Positions 42,962 through 56,006 of a stretch of DNA of 64,000 nt are shown here, piece by piece. Origin of the DNA: Escherichia coli (lineage in GTDB: Bacteria > Pseudomonadota > Gammaproteobacteria > Enterobacterales > Enterobacteriaceae); the NCBI RefSeq assembly GCF_036507355.1, contig NZ_AP027877.1; one strand, given 5' to 3'. The notes beneath the pieces were generated by a model. It saw nothing but the letters and a program-made list of their open reading frames with translations. It ran no database searches and was not told where the DNA came from. The stretch's first letter is position 1. Each line of letters starts with the position of its first letter. The translations under genes were made by a program, and so were the position numbers.

Positions 42962-45900
42962 ACATATTCACGCTTTCCCTCGGTCTGGCCGTCATGCCGA
43001 TGGTCGAGGCAGCACCAACCGCTCAGCAACAGTTGCTGGAGCAAGTTCGGTTAGGCGAAGCGACCCATCGTGAAGACCTGGTACAGCAGTCGTTGTATCG
43101 GCTGGAACTTATTGATCCGAATAACCCGGACGTCGTTGCCGCCCGTTTCCGTTCTTTGTTACGTCAGGGCGATATTGATGGCGCGCAAAAACAGCTCGAT
43201 CGGCTGTCGCAGTTAGCGCCGAGTTCAAATGCGTATAAATCGTCGCGGACTACGATGCTGCTTTCCACGCCAGATGGTCGTCAGGCACTGCAACAGGCAA
43301 GATTGCAGGCGACGACTGGTCATGCAGAAGAAGCTGTGGCGAGTTACAACAAACTGTTCAACGGTGCGCCGCCGGAAGGTGACATTGCCGTCGAGTACTG
43401 GAGTACGGTGGCGAAAATTCCGGCTCGCCGTGGCGAAGCGATTAATCAGCTAAAACGCATTAATGCGGATGCACCGGGCAATACGGGCCTGCAAAACAAT
43501 CTGGCGCTATTGCTGTTTAGTAGCGATCGCCGTGACGAAGGTTTTGCCGTCCTGGAACAGATGGCGAAATCGAACGCCGGGCGCGAAGGGGCCTCTAAAA
43601 TCTGGTACGGGCAGATTAAAGACATGCCCGCAGCGATGCCAGCGTGCAGGCGCTGAAAAAATATCTTTCGATCTTTAGTGATGGTGATAGCGTGGCGGCT
43701 GCGCAATCGCAACTGGCAGAACAGCAAAAACAGCTGGCCGATCCTGCTTTCCGCGCTCGTGCGCAAGGTTTAGCGGCGGTGGACTCTGGTATGGCGGGTA
43801 AAGCCATTCCCGAACTACAACAGGCAGTGCGGGCGAACCCGAAAGACAGTGAGGCTCTGGGGGCGCTGGGCCAGGCATATTCACAGAAAGGCGATCGCGC
43901 CAATGCAGTGGCGAATCTGGAAAAAGCCCTCGCACTGGATCCGCACAGCAGCAACAACGACAAATGGAACAGTCTGCTGAAAGTAAACCGCTACTGGCTG
44001 GCAATCCAGCAGGGCGATGCTGCGCTGAAAGCCAATAATCCTGACCGGGCAGAACGCCTGTTCCAGCAGGCGCGTAATGTCGATAACACCGACAGTTATG
44101 CAGTGCTGGGGCTGGGCGATGTGGCGATGGCGCGAAAAGATTATCCCGCCGCCGAACGTTATTATCAGCAGACCTTGCGTATGGACAGCGGCAACACTAA
44201 CGCCGTGCGCGGGCTGGCAAATATTTACCGCCAGCAATCGCCAGAAAAAGCTGAAGCGTTTATCGCCTCGCTCTCTGCCAGTCAGCGACGTAGCATTGAT
44301 GATATCGAACGCAGCCTGCAAAACGACCGTCTGGCACAGCAGGCAGAGGCACTGGAAAACCAGGGCAAATGGGCGCAGGCGGCAGCACTTCAGCGGCAAC
44401 GACTGGCGCTGGACCCCGGCAGCGTATGGATTACTTACCGACTTTCGCAGGATCTCTGGCAGGCCGGACAACGCAGCCAGGCCGATACGTTAATGCGCAA
44501 TCTGGCGCAGCAGAAGCCGAACGACCCGGAGCAGGTTTACGCTTACGGGCTGTACCTCTCTGGTCATGACCAGGACAGAGCGGCGCTGGCGCATATCAAC
44601 AGCCTGCCGCGTGCGCAGTGGAGCAGCAATATTCAGGAGCTGGTTAATCGACTGCAAAGCGATCAGGTGCTGGAAACCGCTAATCGCCTGCGAGAAAGCG
44701 GCAAAGAAGCTGAAGCGGAAGCGATGCTGCGTCAGCAACCACCTTCCACGCGTATTGACCTCACGCTGGCTGACTGGGCGCAGCAGCGACGTGATTACAC
44801 CGCCGCCCGCGCTGCATATCAGAATGTCCTGACGCGGGAGCCAACTAACGCCGATGCCATTCTGGGGCTGTCGGAAGTGGATATTGCTGCCAGTGACAAA
44901 GCGGCGGCACGTAGCCAGCTGGCGAAACTGCCCGCTACCGATAACGCCTCACTGAACACACAGCGGCGCGTGGCGCTGGCGCAGGCGCAGCTTGGAAATA
45001 CCGCAGCGGCGCAGCAGACGTTTAATAAGTTGATCCCGCAGGCAAAATCTCAGCCACCGTCGATGGAAAGCGCGATGGTGCTGCGCGACGGTGCGAAGTT
45101 TGAAGCGCAGGCGGGCGATCCAAAGCAGGCGCTGGAAACCTACAAAGACGCCATGGTCGCATCCGGTGTGACTACGACGCGTCCGCAGGATAACGACACC
45201 TTTACCCGACTGACCCGTAACGACGAGAAAGATGACTGGCTGAAACGCGGCGTGCGCAGCGATGCGGCGGACCTCTATCGCCAGCAGGATCTTAACGTCA
45301 CCCTCGAGCATGATTACTGGGGTTCGAGCGGCACCGGTGGTTACTCCGATCTGAAAGCGCATACTACCATGTTGCAGGTGGATGCTCCGTATTCTGACGG
45401 GCGGATGTTCTTTCGCAGTGATTTCGTCAATATGAACGTCGGCAGTTTCTCCACTAATGCCGATGGCAAATGGGATGACAACTGGGGCACCTGTACATTA
45501 CAGGACTGTAGCGGCAACCGCAGCCAGTCGGATTCCGGTGCCAGCGTGGCGGTCGGCTGGCGAAATGACGTCTGGAGCTGGGATATCGGCACCACGCCGA
45601 TGGGCTTCAACGTGGTGGATGTGGTCGGCGGCATCAGTTACAGCGATGATATCGGGCCGCTGGGTTACACCGTTAACGCCCACCGTCGGCCCATCTCCAG
45701 TTCTTTGCTGGCCTTTGGTGGGCAAAAAGACTCCCCGAGCAATACCGGGAAAAAATGGGGCGGCGTGCGTGCCGACGGCGTGGGGCTAAGCCTGAGCTAC
45801 GATAAAGGTGAAGCAAACGGCGTCTGGGCATCGCTTAGCGGCGACCAGTTAACCGGTAAAAATGTCGAAGATAACTGGCGTGTGCGCTGGATGACGGGCT

Positions 45901-46415
45901 ATTACTATAAGGTCATCAACCAGAACAATCGCCGCGTCACAATCGGCCTGAACAACATGATCTGGCATTACGACAAAGACCTGAGTGGCTACTCACTCGG
46001 TCAGGGCGGTTACTACAGTCCGCAGGAATACCTGTCGTTTGCCATACCGGTGATGTGGCGGGAGCGCACGGAAAACTGGTCGTGGGAGCTGGGGGCGTCT
46101 GGCTCGTGGTCGCATTCGCGCACCAAAACCATGCCGCGGTATCCGCTGATGAATCTGATCCCGACTGACTGGCAGGAAGAAGCTGCGCGGCAATCCAACG
46201 ATGGCGGCAGCAGTCAGGGCTTTGGCTATACGGCGCGGGCATTACTTGAGCGTCGCGTCACATCCAACTGGTTTGTTGGCACGGCAATTGATATCCAGCA
46301 GGCGAAAGATTACGCGCCCAGCCATTTCCTGCTCTATGTACGTTATTCCGCCGCTGGATGGCAGGGTGACATGGATTTACCGCCGCAGCCGCTGATACCT
46401 TACGCCGACTGGTAA
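42943..46415 (+). pseudogene. bcsC: Cellulose synthase outer-membrane/TPR subunit BcsC, disrupted by a -1 frameshift near 43630
   Basis: ORFs 42943..43656 (signal peptide plus TPR) and 43644..46415 (TPR plus C-terminal beta-barrel) are contiguous parts of one protein in two frames. Confidence 0.8.
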
Positions 46416-46496
46416 GTTTTCAGATAGCGCCTCTCTTAATGCCGCTGCGATCGGGTATACTCGGGCGGCAATCTGGGATTTCCGGGGGGAGACAAT

Positions 46497-48485
46497 TTGC
46501 GCGTAAGTCGCTCGTTAACAATCAAGCAGATGGCAATGGTGGCAGCCGTTGTCCTGGTGTTCGTTTTTATTTTTTGCACCGTTTTGCTGTTCCATCTGGT
46601 CCAGCAGAATCGCTATAACACGGCTACGCAACTGGAAAGCATTGCTCGCTCTGTCCGCGAACCCTTATCTTCAGCTATTTTGAAAGGCGATATTCCCGAA
46701 GCGGAAGCTATTCTTGCCAGCATTAAACCGGCAGGCGTGGTCAGCCGTGCCGATGTAGTGCTGCCTAACCAGTTCCAGGCGCTGCGTAAAAGTTTTATTC
46801 CAGAGCGTCCGGTGCCGGTAATGGTTACTCGCCTGTTTGAGCTACCGGTTCAAATCTCGCTGGGCGTTTACTCGCTCGAACGTCCGGCAAATCCGCAGCC
46901 AATTGCCTATCTGGTGCTACAGGCGGATTCCTTCCGTATGTATAAGTTCGTGATGAGCACCCTCTCAACGTTAGTGACCATTTACTTACTTTTGTCATTA
47001 ATATTGACGGTGGCGATTAGCTGGTGCATTAACCGCCTGATTTTGCATCCGTTACGCAATATTGCTCGCGAACTTAACGCCATCCCAGCCCAGGAGCTTG
47101 TTGGTCACCAACTGGCATTACCGCGTCTGCATCAGGACGATGAAATCGGTATGTTGGTGCGCAGTTACAACCTCAACCAGCAATTGCTGCAGCGCCATTA
47201 TGAAGAACAGAACGAAAATGCGATGCGCTTCCCGGTGTCGGATTTGCCGAACAAAGCCTTGCTGATGGAGATGCTGGAGCAGGTTGTCGCGCGTAAACAA
47301 ACCACCGCGCTGATGATCATCACCTGTGAAACCCTGCGTGATACTGCGGGTGTGCTGAAAGAGGCGCAACGAGAAATTCTGCTGCTGACGCTGGTGGAAA
47401 AACTCAAATCGGTACTGTCGCCACGTATGATCCTCGCGCAGATTAGCGGTTATGACTTTGCTGTCATTGCCAACGGTGTACAGGAACCGTGGCACGCAAT
47501 CACTTTGGGTCAGCAAGTGCTCACTATCATGAGCGAGCGCCTGCCGATTGAACGTATTCAACTCCGTCCGCACTGTAGCATTGGCGTGGCGATGTTCTAC
47601 GGCGATCTCACCGCCGAACAGCTTTACAGTCGCGCTATTTCTGCGGCATTTACCGCTCGCCATAAAGGCAAGAATCAGATTCAGTTCTTTGATCCGCAGC
47701 AGATGGAAGCTGCCCAGAAGCGGTTGACGGAAGAGAGCGATATCCTTAATGCACTGGAAAATCATCAGTTTGCTATTTGGTTACAGCCACAGGTCGAGAT
47801 GACCAGCGGTAAACTGGTCAGTGCGGAAGTGTTACTGCGTATCCAGCAACCGGATGGCAGTTGGGACCTGCCGGATGGCTTAATCGATCGCATTGAGTGC
47901 TGTGGGCTGATGGTGACCGTCGGTCACTGGGTGCTGGAAGAGTCCTGTCGATTGCTTGCAGCCTGGCAAGAGCGCGGCATTATGCTGCCCTTGTCGGTAA
48001 ACCTCTCAGCGCTGCAACTGATGCACCCAAATATGGTGGCGGATATGCTGGAACTGTTAACCCGCTATCGCATTCAGCCGGGAACACTGATTCTGGAAGT
48101 GACAGAAAGCCGACGTATTGACGACCCTCATGCTGCGGTGGCAATCCTCCGTCCGCTGCGCAATGCCGGAGTTCGGGTGGCGCTGGATGATTTCGGCATG
48201 GGCTACGCAGGGCTGCGTCAGCTGCAGCATATGAAATCGTTGCCAATCGACGTACTGAAAATCGACAAAATGTTTGTTGAAGGCTTGCCGGAAGATAGCA
48301 GCATGATTGCTGCAATTATCATGCTGGCGCAGAGCCTGAACTTACAAATGATTGCCGAAGGCGTGGAGACTGAAGCACAACGCGACTGGCTGGCAAAAGC
48401 GGGCGTTGGTATTGCCCAGGGCTTCCTTTTTGCTCGTCCACTCCCTATTGAAATCTTCGAAGAGAGTTACCTGGAAGAAAAGTAG
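46497..48485 (+). CDS. pdeK: c-di-GMP phosphodiesterase PdeK (HAMP-GGDEF-EAL membrane protein)
   Basis: 662-aa ORF from TTG preceded by GGGGGGAG (alternative ATG at 46530); EAL motif and degenerate GGDEF. Confidence 0.85.
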   Translation: MRVSRSLTIKQMAMVAAVVLVFVFIFCTVLLFHLVQQNRYNTATQLESIARSVREPLSSAILKGDIPEAEAILASIKPAGVVSRADVVLPNQFQALRKSFIPERPVPVMVTRLFELPVQISLGVYSLERPANPQPIAYLVLQADSFRMYKFVMSTLSTLVTIYLLLSLILTVAISWCINRLILHPLRNIARELNAIPAQELVGHQLALPRLHQDDEIGMLVRSYNLNQQLLQRHYEEQNENAMRFPVSDLPNKALLMEMLEQVVARKQTTALMIITCETLRDTAGVLKEAQREILLLTLVEKLKSVLSPRMILAQISGYDFAVIANGVQEPWHAITLGQQVLTIMSERLPIERIQLRPHCSIGVAMFYGDLTAEQLYSRAISAAFTARHKGKNQIQFFDPQQMEAAQKRLTEESDILNALENHQFAIWLQPQVEMTSGKLVSAEVLLRIQQPDGSWDLPDGLIDRIECCGLMVTVGHWVLEESCRLLAAWQERGIMLPLSVNLSALQLMHPNMVADMLELLTRYRIQPGTLILEVTESRRIDDPHAAVAILRPLRNAGVRVALDDFGMGYAGLRQLQHMKSLPIDVLKIDKMFVEGLPEDSSMIAAIIMLAQSLNLQMIAEGVETEAQRDWLAKAGVGIAQGFLFARPLPIEIFEESYLEEK

Positions 48486-48631
48486 CTACCCCAAACTGAT
48501 TACAAAACTTTAAAAAGTGCTGGTTTGTGCGAGCCAGCTCAAACTTTTTAACCTTTTTGTTTCAATTATGATCCAGGTACATTTCTGTGATGTTGTCTGG
48601 GTGTTATTTTAAGGCCGCAGGTACCCCATAA

Positions 48632-49954
<1,323 letters not shown>

Positions 49955-49967
49955 TCTCATCACTTAT

Positions 49968-50000
49968 GCCCGCACTCCCTTCCCCGAGTGCGGGTGTTTG
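49968..50000 (+). terminator. Putative dctA terminator
   Basis: gcccgcactc-ccttcccc-gagtgcgggt hairpin followed by GTTTG. Confidence 0.45.
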
Positions 50001-50174
50001 CGCATAATTGACCCCTGTGCCTGAACTTACCACCTGGGTGAGTTCAGGTTTATTTCACTTCTTCCGTGACATTTTCATGTTCTTGCGGTCTAACACGAAG
50101 TGTTTTTAACGTCATTTAGACTGACCGACAACGGGCAGTTTTTTTATTACCAGGATAGTTGATCAGGGGTTCAC

Positions 50175-51671
50175 ATGCAGGGCACAAAAATTCGACTTTT
50201 AGCGGGCGGTTTGCTGATGATGGCCACTGCTGGCTATGTGCAGGCAGATGCGCTCCAGCCTGATCCAGCATGGCAACAGGGGACGCTTTCCAACGGTTTA
50301 CAGTGGCAAGTGCTGACCACCCCCCAGCGTCCCAGCGATCGTGTTGAAATTCGCCTGCTGGTTAATACCGGTTCGCTCGCCGAAAGTACACAACAGAGCG
50401 GTTACAGTCACGCCATCCCTCGTATTGCGCTAACGCAAAGCGGTGGCCTTGACGCAGCACAGGCGCGTTCATTGTGGCAGCAGGGGATCGACCCTAAACG
50501 CCCGATGCCGCCGGTAATTGTCTCTTATGACACCACGCTGTTTAATCTGAGTTTGCCCAATAACCGTAACGATTTGCTGAAAGAGGCGCTCTCTTATCTG
50601 GCAAATGCCACTGGCAAACTGACCATCACACCAGAAACCATCAACCACGCGCTGCAAAGTCAGGACATGGTGGCAACCTGGCCTGCCGATACTAAAGAGG
50701 GCTGGTGGCGCTATCGTCTGAAAGGATCAACCTTGTTAGGTCACGATCCTGCCGATCCGCTGAAACAACCCGTTGAAGCGGAAAAGATTAAAGATTTCTA
50801 TCAGAAATGGTACACCCCGGATGCAATGACGCTGCTGGTGGTGGGAAACGTGGATGCGCGCTCGGTTGTCGACCAAATCAACAAAACGTTTGGCGAACTG
50901 AAAGGCAAACGTGAAACACCGGCTCCGGTGCCGACGCTTTCTCCGCTGCGTGCGGAAGCGGTGAGTATTATGACTGACGCGGTGCGTCAGGACCGGTTAT
51001 CTATCATGTGGGATACGCCGTGGCAGCCGATTCGTGAATCAGCCGCACTGCTGCGCTACTGGCGTGCGGACCTGGCCCGTGAGGCGCTGTTCTGGCATGT
51101 TCAGCAAGCGTTAAGCGCCAGTAACAGCAAAGACATCGGTCTTGGATTTGACTGCCGTGTGCTGTATCTGCGTGCGCAGTGTGCCATCAACATCGAATCA
51201 CCAAACGACAAGCTGAACAGCAACCTTAATCTGGTGGCGCGTGAACTGGCGAAGGTTCGCGATAAAGGTCTGCCGGAAGAAGAGTTCAATGCGTTAGTGG
51301 CGCAAAAGAAACTGGAGCTGCAGAAACTGTTTGCCGCCTATGCACGAGCTGATACCGATATTCTGATGGGTCAGCGGATGCGTTCGTTGCAAAATCAGGT
51401 TGTCGATATCGCGCCGGAGCAGTATCAGAAACTGCGGCAGGATTTCCTTAACAGCCTGACTGTGGAGATGTTAAATCAGGATCTGCGTCAGCAGTTGTCG
51501 AATGATATGGCGTTAATACTGCTGCAGCCGAAAGGCGAGCCGGAATTTAACATGAAAGCGTTGCAGGCGGCCTGGGATCAAATCATGGCCCCATCTACCG
51601 CCACTGCGACCACCTCTGTCGCCACGGATGACGTACATCCTGAAGTGACGGATATTCCACCTGCACAGTAA
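50175..51671 (+). CDS. yhjJ: M16-family zinc peptidase-like periplasmic protein YhjJ
   Basis: 498-aa ORF with signal peptide; synteny. Confidence 0.85.
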   Translation: MQGTKIRLLAGGLLMMATAGYVQADALQPDPAWQQGTLSNGLQWQVLTTPQRPSDRVEIRLLVNTGSLAESTQQSGYSHAIPRIALTQSGGLDAAQARSLWQQGIDPKRPMPPVIVSYDTTLFNLSLPNNRNDLLKEALSYLANATGKLTITPETINHALQSQDMVATWPADTKEGWWRYRLKGSTLLGHDPADPLKQPVEAEKIKDFYQKWYTPDAMTLLVVGNVDARSVVDQINKTFGELKGKRETPAPVPTLSPLRAEAVSIMTDAVRQDRLSIMWDTPWQPIRESAALLRYWRADLAREALFWHVQQALSASNSKDIGLGFDCRVLYLRAQCAINIESPNDKLNSNLNLVARELAKVRDKGLPEEEFNALVAQKKLELQKLFAAYARADTDILMGQRMRSLQNQVVDIAPEQYQKLRQDFLNSLTVEMLNQDLRQQLSNDMALILLQPKGEPEFNMKALQAAWDQIMAPSTATATTSVATDDVHPEVTDIPPAQ

Positions 51672-51766
51672 TGCCTGATGGTGATGAGTTAGCACAACCA
51701 TCAGGTATTTATGGATGAGCTGGATAGAGGGGTAACACTTTATCCAGCCTTTTGCATATGCTGCGT

Positions 51767-52696
51767 TTACGCTGGCATCGCCTCACGCGGGATAATCGCG
51801 CCGCGATACTGAATAACGGTACTTGCGGTCAGGTGCCCGCGTTTCGCTGCGTTTTCCGCACTGCCGCCCGTCAAACGTACCGCCAGATAACCGGCACTGA
51901 AAGAGTCGCCAGCTGCGGTGGTATCGATCACTTTTTCTTTCGGCAGTTTCACCGCTGGAACATCCACTAACCCTTCGCCAGCAATAGACACCAGGCAAGA
52001 ATCCGCCCCGCGTTTCACCACCACTTCTTTCACGCCCGCGTTATGGGTGCGCGCAATGACGTCTTCCACCGGCTGTTGACCCCACAGCGCGTCTTCATCG
52101 TCCAGCGTCAGGAAGGCGATATCCGTGCATTCCAGCATTTGTTGGTACACCTGCTGTGTCTCTTCTTTGCTGGCCCACAGGCGCGGACGATAGTTATTGT
52201 CGAAAATCACTTTTCCGCCGTTGGCGCGGCATTCGCGCAGCAGGGAAAGCAGCTTTTCGCGGCTGGTCGGGCTTAAGATCGCCAGGCTAATCCCGCTCAG
52301 GTAGAGATAATCGAAATTCGCCAGCTCTTCGCAAATCGCCGCAGACTGCTCGCTCTCCAGCCAGAATTTGGCGGCGGCTTCGTTACGCCAGTAGTAGAAC
52401 GTACGTTCGCCGGTGCTGTCGGTTTCAATGTAGTAAAGGCCCGGAAGACGGTTTTCCATCCGTTGGGTCAGGGAAGTATCAACGTTCTCGCCGTGCCAGG
52501 CGTCCAGCATCTGCTGGCTAAAACTGTCCGTTCCCAGCGCCGTTACGTAATGAACGGTTAATGCCGCAGGATCGACCTGACGGGCGATATAGACGGAAGT
52601 GTTCAGGGTATCGCCGCCGAAACCGCGCTTAACGTCCGCGCCTTTCTCGGAAAGCTCAATCATGCATTCGCCAATCACGGCAATCTTTTTGGACAT
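51767..52696 (-). CDS. kdgK: 2-dehydro-3-deoxygluconokinase
   Basis: Start MSKKIAVIGECMIELSEKG (309 aa), PfkB-family sugar kinase; ORF-track frame extends upstream. Confidence 0.9.
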   Translation of the reverse strand: MSKKIAVIGECMIELSEKGADVKRGFGGDTLNTSVYIARQVDPAALTVHYVTALGTDSFSQQMLDAWHGENVDTSLTQRMENRLPGLYYIETDSTGERTFYYWRNEAAAKFWLESEQSAAICEELANFDYLYLSGISLAILSPTSREKLLSLLRECRANGGKVIFDNNYRPRLWASKEETQQVYQQMLECTDIAFLTLDDEDALWGQQPVEDVIARTHNAGVKEVVVKRGADSCLVSIAGEGLVDVPAVKLPKEKVIDTTAAGDSFSAGYLAVRLTGGSAENAAKRGHLTASTVIQYRGAIIPREAMPA

Positions 52697-52927
52697 AGTC
52701 GTGAACCTGATCTGTAAAAAATTAGCGTTAGTTTGCGCTGTGGTGGTTTGCTGGTCAACCATGTTAAAACAGTGTTCCATTATTTTTTTGAGCCAGAACG
52801 TATTCCTGAAAGATTCCGTTGTGGAGTGGGGAAATTTACCCCGGCCAGGCGGTAAAGTTCTGCCCTTACGCGCCGATAATCTTTGTCGAGTCCGGGCTGC
52901 ATCACTTTTAAACACAGGACATCTTTG

Positions 52928-53695
52928 ATGATAAGGCAGGTTATCCAGCGAATAAGCAACCCTGAAGCAAGCATCGAGAGCTTGCAGGAACGGCGTTTTT
53001 GGTTGCAGTGTGAGCGTGCTTACACCTGGCAGCCGATCTATCAAACATGCGGACGGTTAATGGCCGTGGAGCTATTAACGGTGGTCACGCATCCCTTGAA
53101 CCCTTCGCAACGCCTGCCGCCGGATCGCTATTTTACTGAAATCACCGTCAGCCATCGGATGGAGGTTGTGAAAGAGCAGATTGATTTGCTGGCGCAAAAA
53201 GCCGACTTCTTTATAGAGCACGGCCTGTTGGCATCGGTCAATATTGATGGCCCTACGCTCATCGCCCTGCGTCAGCAACCAAAAATCCTGCGCCAGATTG
53301 AGCGTCTTCCCTGGCTGCGTTTCGAACTGGTGGAGCATATCCGTCTGCCGAAAGATTCAACCTTTGCCTCGATGTGTGAATTTGGCCCGCTGTGGCTGGA
53401 TGATTTTGGTACCGGGATGGCAAATTTCTCTGCACTAAGTGAAGTGCGTTATGACTACATCAAAATCGCGCGAGAACTGTTTGTGATGCTGCGTCAGTCG
53501 CCGGAAGGACGCACACTCTTTTCTCAGCTTTTACATCTAATGAATCGCTATTGTCGCGGGGTGATTGTCGAGGGCGTAGAAACGCCGGAAGAGTGGCGTG
53601 ATGTACAGAACTCGCCCGCATTCGCCGCACAAGGCTGGTTTCTTTCACGCCCGGCACCGATAGAAACGCTGAATACGGCGGTTCTGGCGCTATAA
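52928..53695 (+). CDS. pdeH: c-di-GMP phosphodiesterase PdeH (stand-alone EAL domain)
   Basis: Start MIRQVIQRISNPEAS (255 aa); EAL-domain motifs. Confidence 0.9.
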   Translation: MIRQVIQRISNPEASIESLQERRFWLQCERAYTWQPIYQTCGRLMAVELLTVVTHPLNPSQRLPPDRYFTEITVSHRMEVVKEQIDLLAQKADFFIEHGLLASVNIDGPTLIALRQQPKILRQIERLPWLRFELVEHIRLPKDSTFASMCEFGPLWLDDFGTGMANFSALSEVRYDYIKIARELFVMLRQSPEGRTLFSQLLHLMNRYCRGVIVEGVETPEEWRDVQNSPAFAAQGWFLSRPAPIETLNTAVLAL

Positions 53696-53764
53696 GCTGC
53701 CTCATTTTCCGCCTGGCTGGACTATCTTTAGGACTGGCACAGGAAGAATATGAGGAAGCGAACG

Positions 53765-55825
53765 ATGAGCAAGGCAGGCAAAATAACCGCTGCGATTTCA
53801 GGGGCTTTCTTGTTGTTGATTGTCGTGGCGATCATTTTGATTGCAACTTTTGACTGGAATCGACTCAAACCGACCATCAACCAGAAAGTCTCTGCGGAGT
53901 TGAATCGTCCGTTCGCTATCCGTGGCGATCTGGGCGTGGTGTGGGAGCGGCAAAAACAAGAAACTGGCTGGCGCAGCTGGGTGCCGTGGCCCCATGTACA
54001 CGCGGAAGACATCATTCTTGGCAATCCACCGGATATTCCCGAAGTCACGATGGTGCATTTGCCACGCGTAGAGGCAACGCTGGCCCCGCTGGCGCTGCTG
54101 ACCAAAACGGTCTGGCTGCCGTGGATCAAACTCGAAAAGCCCGACGCGCGCCTGATTCGCCTCTCCGAAAAGAACAATAACTGGACGTTTAATCTCGCCA
54201 ACGATGACAACAAAGACGCGAATGCAAAGCCGTCGGCGTGGTCGTTTCGGCTGGATAATATTCTTTTCGATCAAGGGCGGATCGCCATTGATGACAAAGT
54301 AAGCAAAGCGGATCTGGAAATTTTTGTCGATCCGTTAGGTAAGCCGCTGCCGTTCAGCGAAGTTACTGGATCGAAAGGTAAAGCGGATAAAGAAAAGGTG
54401 GGCGATTACGTTTTTGGCCTGAAGGCGCAGGGACGTTATAACAGTGAACCGCTCACGGGTAAGGGGAAAATTGGCGGTATGCTGGCGCTGCGTGGCGAAG
54501 GGACGCCGTTTCCGGTACAGGCTGATTTCCGTTCAGGTAATACCCGTGTTGCTTTTGATGGCGTCGTGAATGACCCAATGAAGATGGGCGGTGTCGATTT
54601 ACGGCTTAAATTTTCTGGCGATTCACTGGGTGATCTCTATGAACTGACGGGCGTTCTGCTGCCCGATACCCCGCCGTTTGAAACGGATGGTCGGCTGGTA
54701 GCGAAAATCGACACTGAAAAATCGTCGGTCTTTGATTATCGCGGCTTTAATGGGCGAATTGGCGATAGCGATATCCACGGTTCTCTGGTCTACACCACCG
54801 GCAAGCCACGACCAAAACTGGAAGGTGATGTCGAGTCGCGGCAATTGCGGCTGGCGGACCTGGGACCGTTGATTGGCGTTGATTCCGGGAAAGGGGCAGA
54901 AAAGTCGAAACGGTCTGAACAGAAGAAGGGCGAAAAAAGCGTTCAGCCTGCGGGTAAAGTGCTGCCTTATGACCGCTTCGAAACCGATAAATGGGATGTC
55001 ATGGATGCCGATGTTCGCTTCAAAGGCCGACGTATCGAGCATGGCAGTAGCCTGCCGATTAGCGATCTTTCTACTCATATCATCCTCAAAAATGCTGACC
55101 TGCGCCTGCAACCGCTGAAATTTGGCATGGCGGGTGGCAGCATTGCGGCGAATATTCATCTGGAAGGCGATAAAAAGCCGATGCAGGGGCGGGCAGATAT
55201 TCAGGCTCGTCGACTGAAACTGAAAGAACTGATGCCCGATGTGGAACTGATGCAGAAGACGCTGGGGGAAATGAACGGTGACGCGGAACTGCGCGGTAGC
55301 GGTAACTCGGTGGCGGCACTTTTAGGCAACAGTAACGGCAACCTGAAACTGTTGATGAATGACGGGCTGGTGAGCCGCAACCTGATGGAGATTGTTGGGC
55401 TGAATGTCGGCAACTACATTGTCGGTGCGATATTTGGTGACGATGAGGTGCGGGTGAACTGCGCGGCGGCGAATCTGAATATTGCCAACGGCGTGGCGCG
55501 CCCGCAGATTTTTGCTTTCGATACTGAGAACGCGTTGATTAATGTTACCGGCACGGCAAGTTTTGCTTCGGAACAGCTGGATTTGACTATTGATCCGGAG
55601 AGTAAAGGGATTCGGATTATCACACTGCGTTCGCCGCTGTATGTGCGTGGGACGTTTAAAAATCCGCAGGCTGGAGTGAAAGCCGGACCGTTGATTGCCC
55701 GTGGTGCTGTTGCTGCGGCACTGGCAACGCTGGTTACGCCAGCGGCAGCGTTGCTGGCACTGATCTCACCTTCCGAAGGGGAGGCTAATCAGTGCCGGAC
55801 GATTTTGTCGCAGATGAAGAAGTGA
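53765..55825 (+). CDS. yhjG: AsmA-family protein YhjG
   Basis: Start MSKAGKITAAISGAFLLLIVVAIILI (686 aa) after GAGGAAG; N-terminal TM anchor. Confidence 0.85.
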   Translation: MSKAGKITAAISGAFLLLIVVAIILIATFDWNRLKPTINQKVSAELNRPFAIRGDLGVVWERQKQETGWRSWVPWPHVHAEDIILGNPPDIPEVTMVHLPRVEATLAPLALLTKTVWLPWIKLEKPDARLIRLSEKNNNWTFNLANDDNKDANAKPSAWSFRLDNILFDQGRIAIDDKVSKADLEIFVDPLGKPLPFSEVTGSKGKADKEKVGDYVFGLKAQGRYNSEPLTGKGKIGGMLALRGEGTPFPVQADFRSGNTRVAFDGVVNDPMKMGGVDLRLKFSGDSLGDLYELTGVLLPDTPPFETDGRLVAKIDTEKSSVFDYRGFNGRIGDSDIHGSLVYTTGKPRPKLEGDVESRQLRLADLGPLIGVDSGKGAEKSKRSEQKKGEKSVQPAGKVLPYDRFETDKWDVMDADVRFKGRRIEHGSSLPISDLSTHIILKNADLRLQPLKFGMAGGSIAANIHLEGDKKPMQGRADIQARRLKLKELMPDVELMQKTLGEMNGDAELRGSGNSVAALLGNSNGNLKLLMNDGLVSRNLMEIVGLNVGNYIVGAIFGDDEVRVNCAAANLNIANGVARPQIFAFDTENALINVTGTASFASEQLDLTIDPESKGIRIITLRSPLYVRGTFKNPQAGVKAGPLIARGAVAAALATLVTPAAALLALISPSEGEANQCRTILSQMKK

Positions 55826-55896
55826 AGATAATTGCCGGATGTCTGACATCCGGCAATTAAACAGATTTAGATTGTTGGCAAAGTGTGCTTTGTTCA

Positions 55897-55992
55897 TGCC
55901 GGATGCGGCGTGAACGCCTTATCCGGCCTACAAACCCTTGCGAATTCAATATATTGTATGGAAATTCAGGCCTGATAAGCGTAGCGCATCAG
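55897..55992. repeat. REP elements between yhjG and yhjE
   Basis: tgccggatgcggcgtgaacgccttatccggcctac and aggcctgataagcgtagcgcatcaggc. Confidence 0.6.
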
Positions 55993-56006
55993 GCTTTTCA
56001 CTCTTA

